Assembly (NCBI RefSeq): GCF_000281045.1
Contig: NW_008246154.1
Location: forward strand, 81,781 to 111,030
Reading direction: 5' to 3'
DNA from: Saprolegnia diclina VS20
Lineage: Eukaryota
Length of the DNA: 29,250 bases
The notes beneath the pieces were generated by a model. The model made no database searches. It had not been told where the DNA came from and worked only from the letters and a program-made list of their open reading frames with translations. The position numbers were made by a program, and so were the translations under genes. The first letter of the stretch is position 1. Every line of letters starts with the position of its first letter. This document shows, one piece after another, positions 1 to 10,041 of this stretch.

Positions 1-221
1 GTCGTGGGAGGAGCTCACCTACTAAATGTCCAGGGTCATGACCTCGCCATGCGATCCCGAAGGCGGCGACGGCGGCGGTCCATCGCTTGGATGCTGGCGC
101 CAACGGCAACTTCAACGATCATCGTAGAGCCAAGCAGTAGCCAATCAAACGCCGCGCAGGCACGTGAGTGGCAGCGTATCCGGATGGCGCCTGTTTTCCG
201 CAGAGTTCATTCTTGGGACGC

Positions 222-1607
222 ATGGGGCTGCTTGCGGACGCGTCGCTGCTGCCGATGGGCCTCTTGAGCCTCTACTTCATCCAGGCGTTTAGCCTCAGCT
301 TCCCGATGACGGCCTACATCTCGTGGGTCTCGGACACGATCCACATGTCGCCGGCGACCACAAGCTTTTACTACGCGCTGACGTTTTTCCCATGGAACCT
401 CAAACCGCTCTACGCGCTCCTCTCGGACAACGTGCCGCTCTTTGGGTACCACCGCAAGTCGTACATTGTCCTCTGCGAGATCGTTTCGTGCGCCTGCATC
501 CTCCTCACGGGTCTCTGCGTGCGCAGCGTCACTGGCGCGTTCGTCGTCAAGTTTCTCGACTCGGCCTGCGAGGCCTTTACGCAGATGATGCTCGGCATCG
601 TCCTTGTCGACGTCGCGTCCGGCGACCGCGAGAAGAGCAGCAACGTGCAGTCGTGGGCCAACGCGGCCAAGAACGGCGCGTCGATCGTCGCGCTCCTCGC
701 GGGTATCCCGGTCTACGCCATCAAGGACCTGCCCGCGACCACGGTCATTACATGGTCGTCGGTGATTCCGCTGCTTGGTATTCTCATTGCACTCTATCTC
801 TTGCATGAAAACAAATCGGCCAAGCGCGTGGCGACGCCGACGCACCACCCGTCATCATTGGCCGAATTACTGTCGACCAAGTGGCACGCGCTGCAAACAA
901 CGGTTGCCCGCATGCTCCACGAACAAGCCGCGTACATTCCGGTCATGGTCTTCTTCTTCCTTTGCTCGGCGCTGCCGAGTGGCGGGACTGTCTGGTACCA
1001 GTACACGTACTTTTTGCTGAAAAACGAGCTGCAGTGCCTCCAATATTCGTCGCTCGCTGGCATGGTCGGCCGCGTCGTCTCGTGTGCGATCTACGCCCGC
1101 TGCACGCGCGGTGTCGGCATCCGCACTGTCTTTGGCGTTTCGACCGTGCTCATGACACTTGCAAGCCTCCCACAATTGCTCTTGGCGCCGCCCATGGACG
1201 TCGCGACGCTGCCCGTGGATGTCTGCACCTTTTGCGCGCTCGAGTCGTTTGTGACGGCGTTCGCTGGGGAGTTTGCACTCCTCCAGCTGCTCGTGGTCGC
1301 CACGACCTTTTGCCCGCGCAAGAAGGAGCTCCACGGACTCACGTACGCGCTGTACCTCTCGTTCATGGACTTTGGCGGTGTCGTGAGCGCGTTCTTCTCT
1401 GCGCTCTTGGTGTCGGCTCTCGGGATCACGCAAAATCCTATCACATTCGCCATCGACTATAGCAACCTCTGGCTGCTGCTCGTGCTCGGCGCGATCTTTC
1501 AAGTTGCGATCCTCGCCTTTCTGTGCTTGCTCCCGCGCCAGCTCGAAGATGCGACGAGTGGCGACGAGCCGGAAGCTAAAGCGCTTTTGCCGTCGTCCGA
1601 GGCCTGA
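222..1607 (+). CDS. Folate-biopterin transporter (BT1/FBT family, MFS)
   Basis: Intronless ORF with many hydrophobic segments and BT1 signature FPWNLKPLYALLSDNVPLFGYHRKSY, plus CP..ELHGLTYALYLSFMDFG and NLWLLLV. First ATG is at 222 (the ORF-track start at 168 is GTG). Confidence 0.88.
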   Translation: MGLLADASLLPMGLLSLYFIQAFSLSFPMTAYISWVSDTIHMSPATTSFYYALTFFPWNLKPLYALLSDNVPLFGYHRKSYIVLCEIVSCACILLTGLCVRSVTGAFVVKFLDSACEAFTQMMLGIVLVDVASGDREKSSNVQSWANAAKNGASIVALLAGIPVYAIKDLPATTVITWSSVIPLLGILIALYLLHENKSAKRVATPTHHPSSLAELLSTKWHALQTTVARMLHEQAAYIPVMVFFFLCSALPSGGTVWYQYTYFLLKNELQCLQYSSLAGMVGRVVSCAIYARCTRGVGIRTVFGVSTVLMTLASLPQLLLAPPMDVATLPVDVCTFCALESFVTAFAGEFALLQLLVVATTFCPRKKELHGLTYALYLSFMDFGGVVSAFFSALLVSALGITQNPITFAIDYSNLWLLLVLGAIFQVAILAFLCLLPRQLEDATSGDEPEAKALLPSSEA

Positions 1608-1687
1608 GACTCCTAGTCTCTACTAGAAGAGAATATAGAGTGTGCAGAGAAATATACACGCCTGATGTTACGGACATACTAGTACGA

Positions 1688-4438
1688 CTACGAGGCCTCG
1701 ACCCGATGGCGCTTGGGAAATGGCTCCATGGTGTCGACACTGGTCGCGAGCAGCGCATCGAGCATCGCAACACGCTGCATATCGTCTTCGTACTGCTTGA
1801 GACGGCGATCGTGGACCTCCACTTGGTGTGCGGTGGCGCGACTCCGCTTTGCAACGATGTGGTGTCGGGCTGCATGCGATGCAATGTCCTCGAACACGAG
1901 CAGCGTAAAGGTCCCGTAGCTGACGCCGTCGACCGCCGTGAGCCCGTCCACGTCCGGCTCGGCGTCGGGCACGAAAAACTGTCTTCATTTGCATCAATGA
2001 GTGCACTCAGTGCGTCGCAGAGAGGTTCCCCCGCAAATGAAAACGACGTGCGGCGGCCGTCGACCAAAAACGCTGCAAACGCGGCACACTGCGCGCAGTG
2101 GTCGCCGGCCACGGCCATGTCGTTGAACACGTAATCGGTCAACGCCGGCACCGGTGCGAGCGCCCCGCTTTCGAGAAAGATGACCCGGCAGCGCGTTGCA
2201 ATGGCCACAACAATGGCTCGGTCGCGGCACTGTGACGTAGACAAGAGCAGGATGACCGGGCAGAGCACCGACCGGGCGTGGTGCAGCGTTGTGGGCAATG
2301 TTGCGAGCCAACGGTCGGCGACCGCCCGCACCTCGCGCGGTGCTGCGATCGAGAGTCCTTCGATGACGTCGGCAACACAACGTGGGTACGTGTCGGCGTC
2401 TGCGTTCGTGTAGAGCAGCGTTTTTGCAGCGGCCAAAAGCGACGTGGCGAGAATCAAGTGGACAGGCGCTGCGAGGGGCACTGTCGGGCGACGCACCATC
2501 CGCACGATCGCATGGACAGAGTCTTTGCGACGACCAAAGCGTTGGCACGCTTCGAGCAGCAATGTGCTGAATCGACCCAACGTGTGCATCGCGTCCAGCG
2601 TGTGCCACTGGTCGTCCGACGACAAGAACCCGTTGCTCTTGACGAAAGTGTTGTCCTTCATGTGTCCGATCTCGGCGATGGCCGCATTGATCATGTCCAG
2701 ATACTGCTGTCGTCGCAGCGTCGGGTGGCTCGCCACGATACGCACGAGCGCCGTCGGAAGGCTTCGAAGCACGGCATGAGCACACATGTCGACACCCGAG
2801 AGCACGGCGCGAAACCGGCGTATATAGACGTAGCTGTCGATGGCCAACGTGAGCGAGGGCGGTAGTCGCGCGCCAAACCAGCAGCCATCCGCGCGCTGCG
2901 GCGCGACTTCGTCGAGATACCAGTCCAGAAGCACCCAGTGCTGCATCGAGTCGGTGCACGGCTCCACACACTTGTCCATGAGCAGCGTGTCTCAAACCCG
3001 CTTGACAAATTCGCCCACAAACGGCTGCCGCAAGGGCGAACACACGGCGTCGTCGCCACGGACAAGACCGGCCAGGCTCGTGAGCAAGGATGGAAGGACT
3101 TGGCAGCCGCGGGCCTCGATCCAGCGCTGGCAAAAGCTCTCGAACGCCGGGCACAGCGTTATCCAGCCAAACGCGTCCAGGAGCGCGTGAAGGCTCACGA
3201 GGTCGACTTCTTCGAGCACGGTTTCGACGAGGATGAGCACATCGCGGACGAAGCGGGCTGCGAGGAGAACGTCGCGGCTCGCCACCAAGAGGCTCGTCAG
3301 AGCCCGTATATGATGCGATTGAAATTTGATTCTGAAAGCGACGTGGTTGACCACCGTTGCCATGAGACCAAAGCACAGCTCGCGGGCGCTCAGGTCGAGG
3401 CGCGAGACGTCGTCCTGCGCGACACAAAGCGCCGAATCGAGCCCGAGAAGGCTTGCGCGGTACGGCTTGAGCCAAAACACGATCGCAGCAGATTCAATGC
3501 GTGCTCTGCCCCGATGGAGACTACGAAACGCATGGACGAGCTTCTTGGGGAGGGAGGCGGCGACGTCTTCGGGCACGCTGCATGCGGGGTGTACGGCGGC
3601 CGTGTTGATCACATAGTGATCACTCTTGGTGCATTGGACCTCGGCGAGCGCGACATCGTACCGGCCTGTGGTCAGAAGGCACTCGACCAACGCCGAATCC
3701 ACCTTGCCGAGACGATCAAAGGCCAAGGGTGGCATCACATCAAGATCGAGTCCAAAGATGTGTTCTCGAGCGGCGGGTCGTCAGCGATCGCCGTCCACGC
3801 AGTGAGAACGTCGTGCCGGGTGGGCGGCGGCCGCAGCGTCGCATCGAGCGCAACGAGCGCATACACAAGCACCAGCTGGCGGCCAGACGTAAGGGGCGAT
3901 GAAGTGATCGTCGCGTCGCGGAAGGTCGCGATTGCCTGGACCATTGGAAGTGCCGGTGGCGCCATCGTGCTGCCACCATAGGCAATCGTGATGGCGCCAC
4001 CGACGGGCGCGGACGGCAGCGTTACCAGGAGAGTCCCAAAGGCGTTGTTGGGCTCCGGTCGTAGCGCGAGGCCGGTTGACGCGCCTGGCGTGTCGATGCA
4101 GAGGTGCGAGAAGATCGCCGTGCCTTATTGGCACGGAGCGTTTGCTGGATAGCGGGCACAAGACTCGTGGCGACGACCGCCGCCCACGCCTCGTCGTTTT
4201 GGATGCGAACGCTGGATGCCGGCACGACGCAGCTTGTGGCGTATCGCGCAGCAAGCTCCTGGTCTTGGCTCAGAGGCCATGGCCAGCACAAGCAGCCTTC
4301 GACGCCATCGAGGACGAGCCGCGGCGCGACGTGGCGCGAGATGCTGCTCTGGTGGACGTAGTTTGTCGACTTGCGCAGTAGAGCAAACGCAGCTTCGTAC
4401 GCTGCTGTCGTCACGTCTACCGTTTGTGTCGCACGCAT
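1688..4438 (-). pseudogene. Degraded paralog (copy A) of the 930-aa degenerate 2OG-oxygenase-like protein at 23905-26697
   Basis: Collinear fragments in shifting frames: AAYEAAFALLRKST, FSHLCIDT, FGTLLVTLPS, SPLTSGRQLVLVYAL, AIVFWLKPYRA, HWVLLDWYLDEVAP, HCAQC, EPFPKRHR. Frameshifts near 4130, 3740 and 1975. In-frame TGA at 2992-2994 where the intact paralog has Trp. Confidence 0.85.
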
Positions 4439-4509
4439 GATGATGGCCTGTCGTCGTCTTGGCAGATCCTCAAGTGATGGGGACCGACATTCTGCATCAC
4501 GGCGTTGGG

Positions 4510-4546
4510 ATTGGTCAAATCGCGACCCAAGGCGATGTGTGATTGG
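4510..4546 (-). promoter_or_regulatory. Twin CCAAT boxes, 32-bp spacing, upstream of copy A
   Basis: ATTGG at 4510-4514 and 4542-4546 (CCAAT on the minus strand), 76 nt upstream of the ATG at 4438. Confidence 0.6.
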
Positions 4547-4891
4547 TTGATTTTCCAGTCGCCACTCACCTCTTGCCGCCCCACTTCGAGTGGAAAGAGC
4601 CGCTCGCCCGTAGTCAAGCTAGGATCATGCTTCGACACTGTACCGGACCTCTGCTCGTCGTCCAACCTTCTCTGTCCTCGGTCACAACACAGCACTGTAT
4701 TTTACTGCTGTTGGATACGTAAAGCATTCATTGTCCAATAGAGTTGATACAAACCACTTTGTACAATATTGCTATACATTCGTACATATAGCTTAAAAAA
4801 CATACAGCTGTTTTAAACGGAGAAGGTTTTGCCTTTGCGTCATACGGCAATTTCGACGACGATCGCAAGTCCCTTGGCAAGCCCCAACCCC

Positions 4892-6402
4892 ATGACGAAG
4901 ACCCTGCGCATGGCAGCGCAGTCCAAGCCGACTCGCCAGGGCGCTGCCAGTAGTCCTCACGGCAATGAGTACCGCGACAAGGACGCGAAGAACGGCTCGC
5001 GGATCCTCCAGCGCTGCAAGCGCATGCGGCGCAAAGGATGAGCGACCATCGATCGTCAAGGCCCTCCGGCTCGAGGCCGTTCCGAACAACGCCATGGCGA
5101 GTCCGGACGCCTCGCGCCACTTCAAGCGCAAGGCCACCATCAAGATGAAGAAGGAAGCGTTCGCGGCCTTCCGCTTCGTCTCCGGCCGCACCGACCGCAA
5201 ACGCGTACGTGCTATCTCTATATGTACTACAGTACTACAACTCACACCTGGAATAGAGCGCCAGCGCCGCGGCCCAATGGAAGGACGCAACCTGCGGCCG
5301 CCAAGGAGAAAGCCGAGCAAGACGAGCCCACTGCAATCTCGTATGTATTATTCGGCAGCTACGAAAATGTGGGCGAATGGATGCTGTAGGCCTCTCGCAG
5401 CTCCAACAGACCGCGAAGCCATCCAAGACGCGCTCGCCACGATGAGCAAGGCCTTCGAGAAGCAAGCCATGGCGACGAGCGCCATGAAGGCTCAAGGCCG
5501 CTTCAAGACCTCTTCTCGTGGCACGACCACAACATTTGTGGTCTGCATGATCTGCGGTGCCAACGCGCATGCGCACTGCGCGACGGCTCGCTCCATGCCC
5601 GCCCACTGCATGTGCAAGCAGGCGGCCGTCCTGTCCGGCTCAACGTGCGACTGGGGCCCGCGCCACGAGCTCGAGCTGCCCGCCAAGTTTGCGCGGATCC
5701 CGCAGCCCAAGGCGGAAGTCACGCCCCCGACGACCCGCGGCCGACGTGTTTTCGTGCCCATGGGCGTCGTGCCGGCAGGGTTGTTGATCAAGCACCGGTA
5801 CGTCCAGGATGGTATACATCTTTTTTGCTCCATAGTCCGTGGCGTAGGTACTCAAGCACGCCAGCTGCCCTCGACGTCGAAATCGAGCTGCCGTCCGAGT
5901 GGAAGGCCAAGACGCTCTTGGGTACGGGCTTCTCCAGTGGGCGGTGTCTTTATGTTGCTACGTAGTGCTCATCAACGGCGGAAGCGGTGGCCAAATGGGT
6001 GACAAGATTGCGAATGATTTGCGCAAGCTGCTCAACCCGCTGCAGGTGCTCCCGTGCCTACGCAACATGCGGCTCTATTATGAACGACCGTTTGTAGATT
6101 TACAACATCTCGGGCTCTTGTCCCCCGATCGGTCCCTTGACGCCGTTCAAGACGGTCAAGGGGCTCCAAATTCTCGCGTGTGGCGGCGCGGTTGGCTGGG
6201 TACGTCTCGTGCAACATGGCGACGCGCACTCTTGTACGACTGCGATAGGTGCTGCAAACCATCGACGAGGTTGGGTTCGAGACGCCTCCACCCGTCGCGA
6301 TTCCCCCGCTGGGTACCAACATTGACCATAGTTATTTGGCCTTGGTACCGGCAACGACGTTGGGCGCGTTTCGGGCCGGGGTGGTGGCGACACTCCGAAT
6401 CA
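4892..6402 (+). pseudogene. Diacylglycerol kinase pseudogene (C1 remnant plus partial DAGKc catalytic domain)
   Basis: Removing GT-AG introns 5922-5965, 6046-6097 and 6200-6248 gives KTLLVLINGGSGGQMGDKIANDLRKLLNPLQIYNIS...QILACGGAVGWVLQTIDEVGFETPPPVAIPPLGT, then GTGNDVGRVSGRGGG after a 32-bp insertion. Upstream C1 remnants are CMICGANAHAHC..CK and CDWGP..L.LP. The GGDG motif is lost and no accessory domain is visible. The 5' boundary is uncertain. Confidence 0.8.
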
Positions 6403-6720
6403 GGTATCTCAACTATGAACCTCGATGTGCGTCGTCACGAATATATATGTGTGGGTAGCCCATGAGCCGCCGCAAGATTTGATCCGACTCTTTACAGCAC
6501 GAGCGCCCCGCCGCGCTATTTCGACTGCTGGATCGTCCAATGTGTTTGCGGTCGAAGGCACACCTCCTTTCACGTTGACCATCCAGCAGTCGAAGAAGCA
6601 CGGCTGGGCGCTCGTAAGGTCCGCCTTGGACAACGACTTTCGTACTTTGCTAGTCATAATGATTGTAATCAAATGTCCTGTATTTTATCTTCTTCGGTAT
6701 GCAGCGTAGCTCCACGGGTA

Positions 6721-7262
6721 AACAACGTCGCGACGAGGTCGCGATGCAGACGTTGACCAACACTCGACGGGTCTGTTCATGCGGTCGAGTCTCGCCGCGG
6801 ACCTTCATGCCTTCGTCCATGCGCTTGGTAACGCCGCCAATCATCAGCTCGACAATGTCGCGACAACGTCACGACATCTTCACGACAGCGTCATAACAAT
6901 GTTACAGCAACGTCGTAACAACAACGTCGCGACAACCGTCGCGACAACGTCGTAACAATGTCGCGACAATGGTACAAAAGTGTTACGACGACGTCGCGAG
7001 GTCTAGCACTCGACGGGTCTGTTCGTGCGGTCGAGTCTCGCCGCGGACCTTCATGCCTTCGTCCATGCGCTTGGTAACGCCGCCAATCATCTGCACGACA
7101 ACGTCACGACAGCGTCGCGACAACGTCATAACAATGTTACAGCAACGTCGTAACAACAACGTCGCGACGACTGTCGCGACAACCGTCGCGACAACGTCGT
7201 AACAATGTCGTAACAACGTCGCGACAATGGTACAAAAGTGTTACGACGACGTCGCGAGGTCT
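6721..7262. repeat. ~246-256 bp tandem duplication made of an 85-bp unique core plus a degenerate 11-mer minisatellite (consensus ~ACAACGTCGCG / ACAATGTCGTA)
   Basis: 6761-6845 and 7007-7091 are identical except for one A/G. Each is followed by 11-mer arrays ending ...ggtacaaaagtgttacgacgacgtcgcgaggtct. Confidence 0.93.
7037..7093 (-). pseudogene. MCM7-like gene fragment (second copy at 6791-6847)
   Basis: Translates QMIGGVTKRMDEGMKVRGE, resembling the MCM7 segment (LLLL.VGGV.K...DGMKIRGD) just before Walker A. No Walker A in frame afterwards. Confidence 0.6.
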
Positions 7263-7352
7263 CGTCAATGCATGTTCATGTGGACCACTCGGCAAGCGCC
7301 GGCGCAAAAAGAAGCTCTTGCCGACGAAACACGAGTGCCACATTGAGAGGGA

Positions 7353-7640
7353 AAAACCCGCTAGACTGGCGAAGAGATGGCACATGTTGCTCGCGTTGTG
7401 CTCGACACCCAGCACTGCACCAAGGTCTTGCATGGCTGGCAGCAGCTTTGGCCAGTCACATGTGTCCACCGGCAGCGATAGCTCAGAAGGGTGTTCTCAA
7501 ACAAAGCGGCTTGCTCATGTTGCATTGTTGGCCGAGCACAAGACACCGCGTGGCATCGCTTGCAAGTCGCTCGGACAAGTGCAACGTGGGGCCAGTGTAC
7601 GGCAATACCAAGAAGACAACTGCGCAAAGACAACATCACG
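7353..7640 (-). pseudogene. Heavily decayed internal fragment (copy B) of the same 930-aa protein family
   Basis: SDLQAM...ASRFV*E...VDTCDWPKLLPAMQDL/VQCWV...MCHLFASLAG aligns by eye with paralog segments HIRAL...AARFVRD...LDAFGWITLCPAFESFCQRWI...LLTSLAG. Contains stops and frameshifts. Confidence 0.55.
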
Positions 7641-7691
7641 TGTAGTCGCATGCCTGAATATACTGAGGCTGGGGTGGTTGGTCGAGATGCG

Positions 7692-9013
7692 CTAGCTATT
7701 TTTCGTCATATCGGTCGATTGTACACATTGAAGTGTTGGCCGTCGTGCCAACGCGGCTTGGTCCTGTTCGTTGCACGGCAACACGTGGACTACAAGGACG
7801 TCCTTCTCCATGCTGCGTACGATTTGCGCCTAAATATCAAAGTGTCAACTTGGTGCTCGGTGGATGTAGTCGACCGTACCCGCGGCGCGCTGTCGTCACT
7901 GCAGTAGACACCAAGGCCCATGCTTGGCGTCGTGAACGCAGCCACAACATGCGTCGCCGGTAACCGTGCAGCAACTTTTGATTTGCTGGACGATGCCTCC
8001 TCTCGCCGCCGCTTACGGGACGAGCCATGGCTCGTGGACGGTGCTCGTAGAAGGCCAAGGACACCACCTTCGACGCCAACATCATGGTTGAGCGCGGCGG
8101 CGTCGTTGAAGGCCCGCCTAATGCATCATAGTCACGTCGTGCCACATAATCATCATCGACAAGTACGTTCGTACGTTAGATTGTGGTCGATGGTAGCAGC
8201 GTCCAGCGCCGTCTTGCGGCGAAAGCGGCCTTCCAATTGCTGAAGAAGTCCCGTGCGCATGATCTCTTCGCCTCGCCCTAGACATGTGCATTGTGAGAAA
8301 GGAGAGACTTGTGAAAAGGACGCGTATGTACCAGTGGCGGCCCACGCGTAGCCGTTCGGTGACTGTGTAGCGTTCCAGGCGACGCAGCCCATGCGAGGGC
8401 AGCCCGCGGGACCAACGCGACCTGGCGCCTTGAGCGCGATGCCAGCGCTGGAGGCGGCCGCCGCCATGTGTCCATGAACGTCGACAACGACGGCGCCGAC
8501 CGTGTCCAAACTGTGGCTTTGCATCAATGCGTGCTTGCGCAGGGCAGTTGCGTCGATTGGTGTTGTTGCGTAGTCGACGAACTCTACATCCAGTGCGCGC
8601 GCCTTCTCTACGGCGCCGGCACCCACGAGCACCATGGGCGGGGTGCGACCATCGTCGCGACTCGTGTCAGCGCCGCGCAGCAGTGCGGCCGCGAGCTCGA
8701 TCGGGTTGCGCACACCGTGGACAGCACCGACGCAGCCAATGCCTCCGCTATGACCGTCGACGATCGAAGCGTCGGTCTCGATGACGCCCGTCTCGGTGAG
8801 GTTGACGCACGGCCCGTTGCTGCCGGCGTTGGTGCAGGCGGCGTCTTCGAGGACGCGGACCGCAGCGGTTGCGGCGACCGTCGCTGATGCACCATCTCGC
8901 AGGAGACATCCGGCCAACTCGAGAGCGTCGCGCATGCTGGCCTCGGCGAGCGCCGTGGAAGCTGCGTCGGCTGCATGTCGGCCGGCGCCAATGTGCACGG
9001 CCACGGCCCACAT
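7692..9013 (-). CDS. Threonine aspartase (taspase-1-like, Ntn-hydrolase / asparaginase type 2), ~386 aa, 4 exons (9013-8332, 8277-8175, 8117-7880, 7829-7692)
   Basis: Motifs AVHIGAG, LED...TNAG, NLTETGVIETDASIVDG, GAVHGVRNPI, GRTPPMVLVGAGA, autocleavage D|TVGAV, SSAGIALKAPGRVGPA, TGRGEE, FTTPSMGLG. Three frame-consistent GT-AG introns (8278-8331, 8118-8174, 7830-7879). Confidence 0.88.
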
Positions 9014-9208
9014 GTTGTGGGTTGTGGTTCGGTGCAGCTGGCGTCCGGAAACGTATCCGGACAAATGTGCTGGCAGCACGAGCGGCACGCGATCGGTGAT
9101 GTCCTTATTAGCTTGTCGTTATTTGCTTGTCCAAGCCTGTGGGATGATCGAATACCAAGGACAAGAACGCTTCTCGATAGAGACATGAAAATCAATTGAA
9201 TTACGACT

Positions 9209-9571
9209 CTAAAGCGCCGACTCCATGCGCTGGAGGCCGGCAACAACTGTCCGCGTTGTAACGGTCCAGTCCTTGCGCGCGAGGCGCCACACGAGGAGGA
9301 CGATCTTGACGAGTTCACCGAGCGCATTAGCCATCCAGTAGCCATGGAGCGCCCAGCCCAAGTGCACCACGCAGACGTACGAGAGCGGAATGTAGACGAG
9401 CCACGCGCCGGCATTGTTGACGAGCAGCGCGTACCGAGAGAGCTGCACCGCGTTGGCACTCGAGCTCAAAAGAAACCGAAAGAAGATGAGGCCAATGCAG
9501 ATCGAGAACGGGATGATTGCGCCTGCGCAGAGGTCGAGGACCGCAGGGTCCGAGGTCCAGAGACCAAAGAT
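9209..9571 (-). pseudogene. 3' fragment of a MATE transporter paralog (inverted relative to 10042-11502)
   Basis: IFGLWTSDPAVL...FFRFLLSSSANAV...NNAGAWLVYIPL...ANALGELVKIVLL..LARKDWTV matches the C-terminal ~115 aa of the neighbouring MATE. Upstream sequence is AT-richer and non-homologous. Confidence 0.8.
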
Positions 9572-10041
9572 CGGTGTCTCAGTCGCTGCAATGCCTAATG
9601 AAAGCAAAGTAGAGAAGAAGAGCAGGTCGATAGGTGAAAGGGATGTTTCGAGATTGAAATGTACGCGCGCAAAACACGTATACATGGCGATCGCGCATGA
9701 AACGGCAAGGAATTTCATATGGAAGAAACTTTACTTGTCCGAATCTTGGAGAGATAGAAAATCAAGAACAACGCCATGATCAGTGCGTGAATGGAGGCCA
9801 AAGGCAGTGACCTCGCATAAAGGCTGATGCGCGGCGTCGAATCCAGTTCTTACGGCGTGAGTGCGTGCGTCGCATAACTGAGCATGTCGATATCGTGGTC
9901 GCAAACAAGGGTGAGAGCGCAGGCGATTTAAAGAATGTAAAGCGGTTTCGCAGCCTTCAAAGTGGTTGCCCGCGCCCTTTCCACATGTGAAACCCCCGAC
10001 ATACTCGTACGCGATCAACCGCCCGGTCACATTCAAGTACA

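Noticed and set aside
1994..3981. Long alternative-frame and antisense ORFs (1994-3475 -, 2938-3981 +, and similar ones over other genes)
   Set aside because: Arg/Ala-rich shadow ORFs expected in GC-rich coding DNA; they overlap better-supported genes and show no motifs.
6721..7262. CRISPR-like repeat/spacer array
   Set aside because: Repeats are degenerate 11-mers in tandem, the two 'spacers' are near-identical, there are no cas genes, and the context is eukaryotic.
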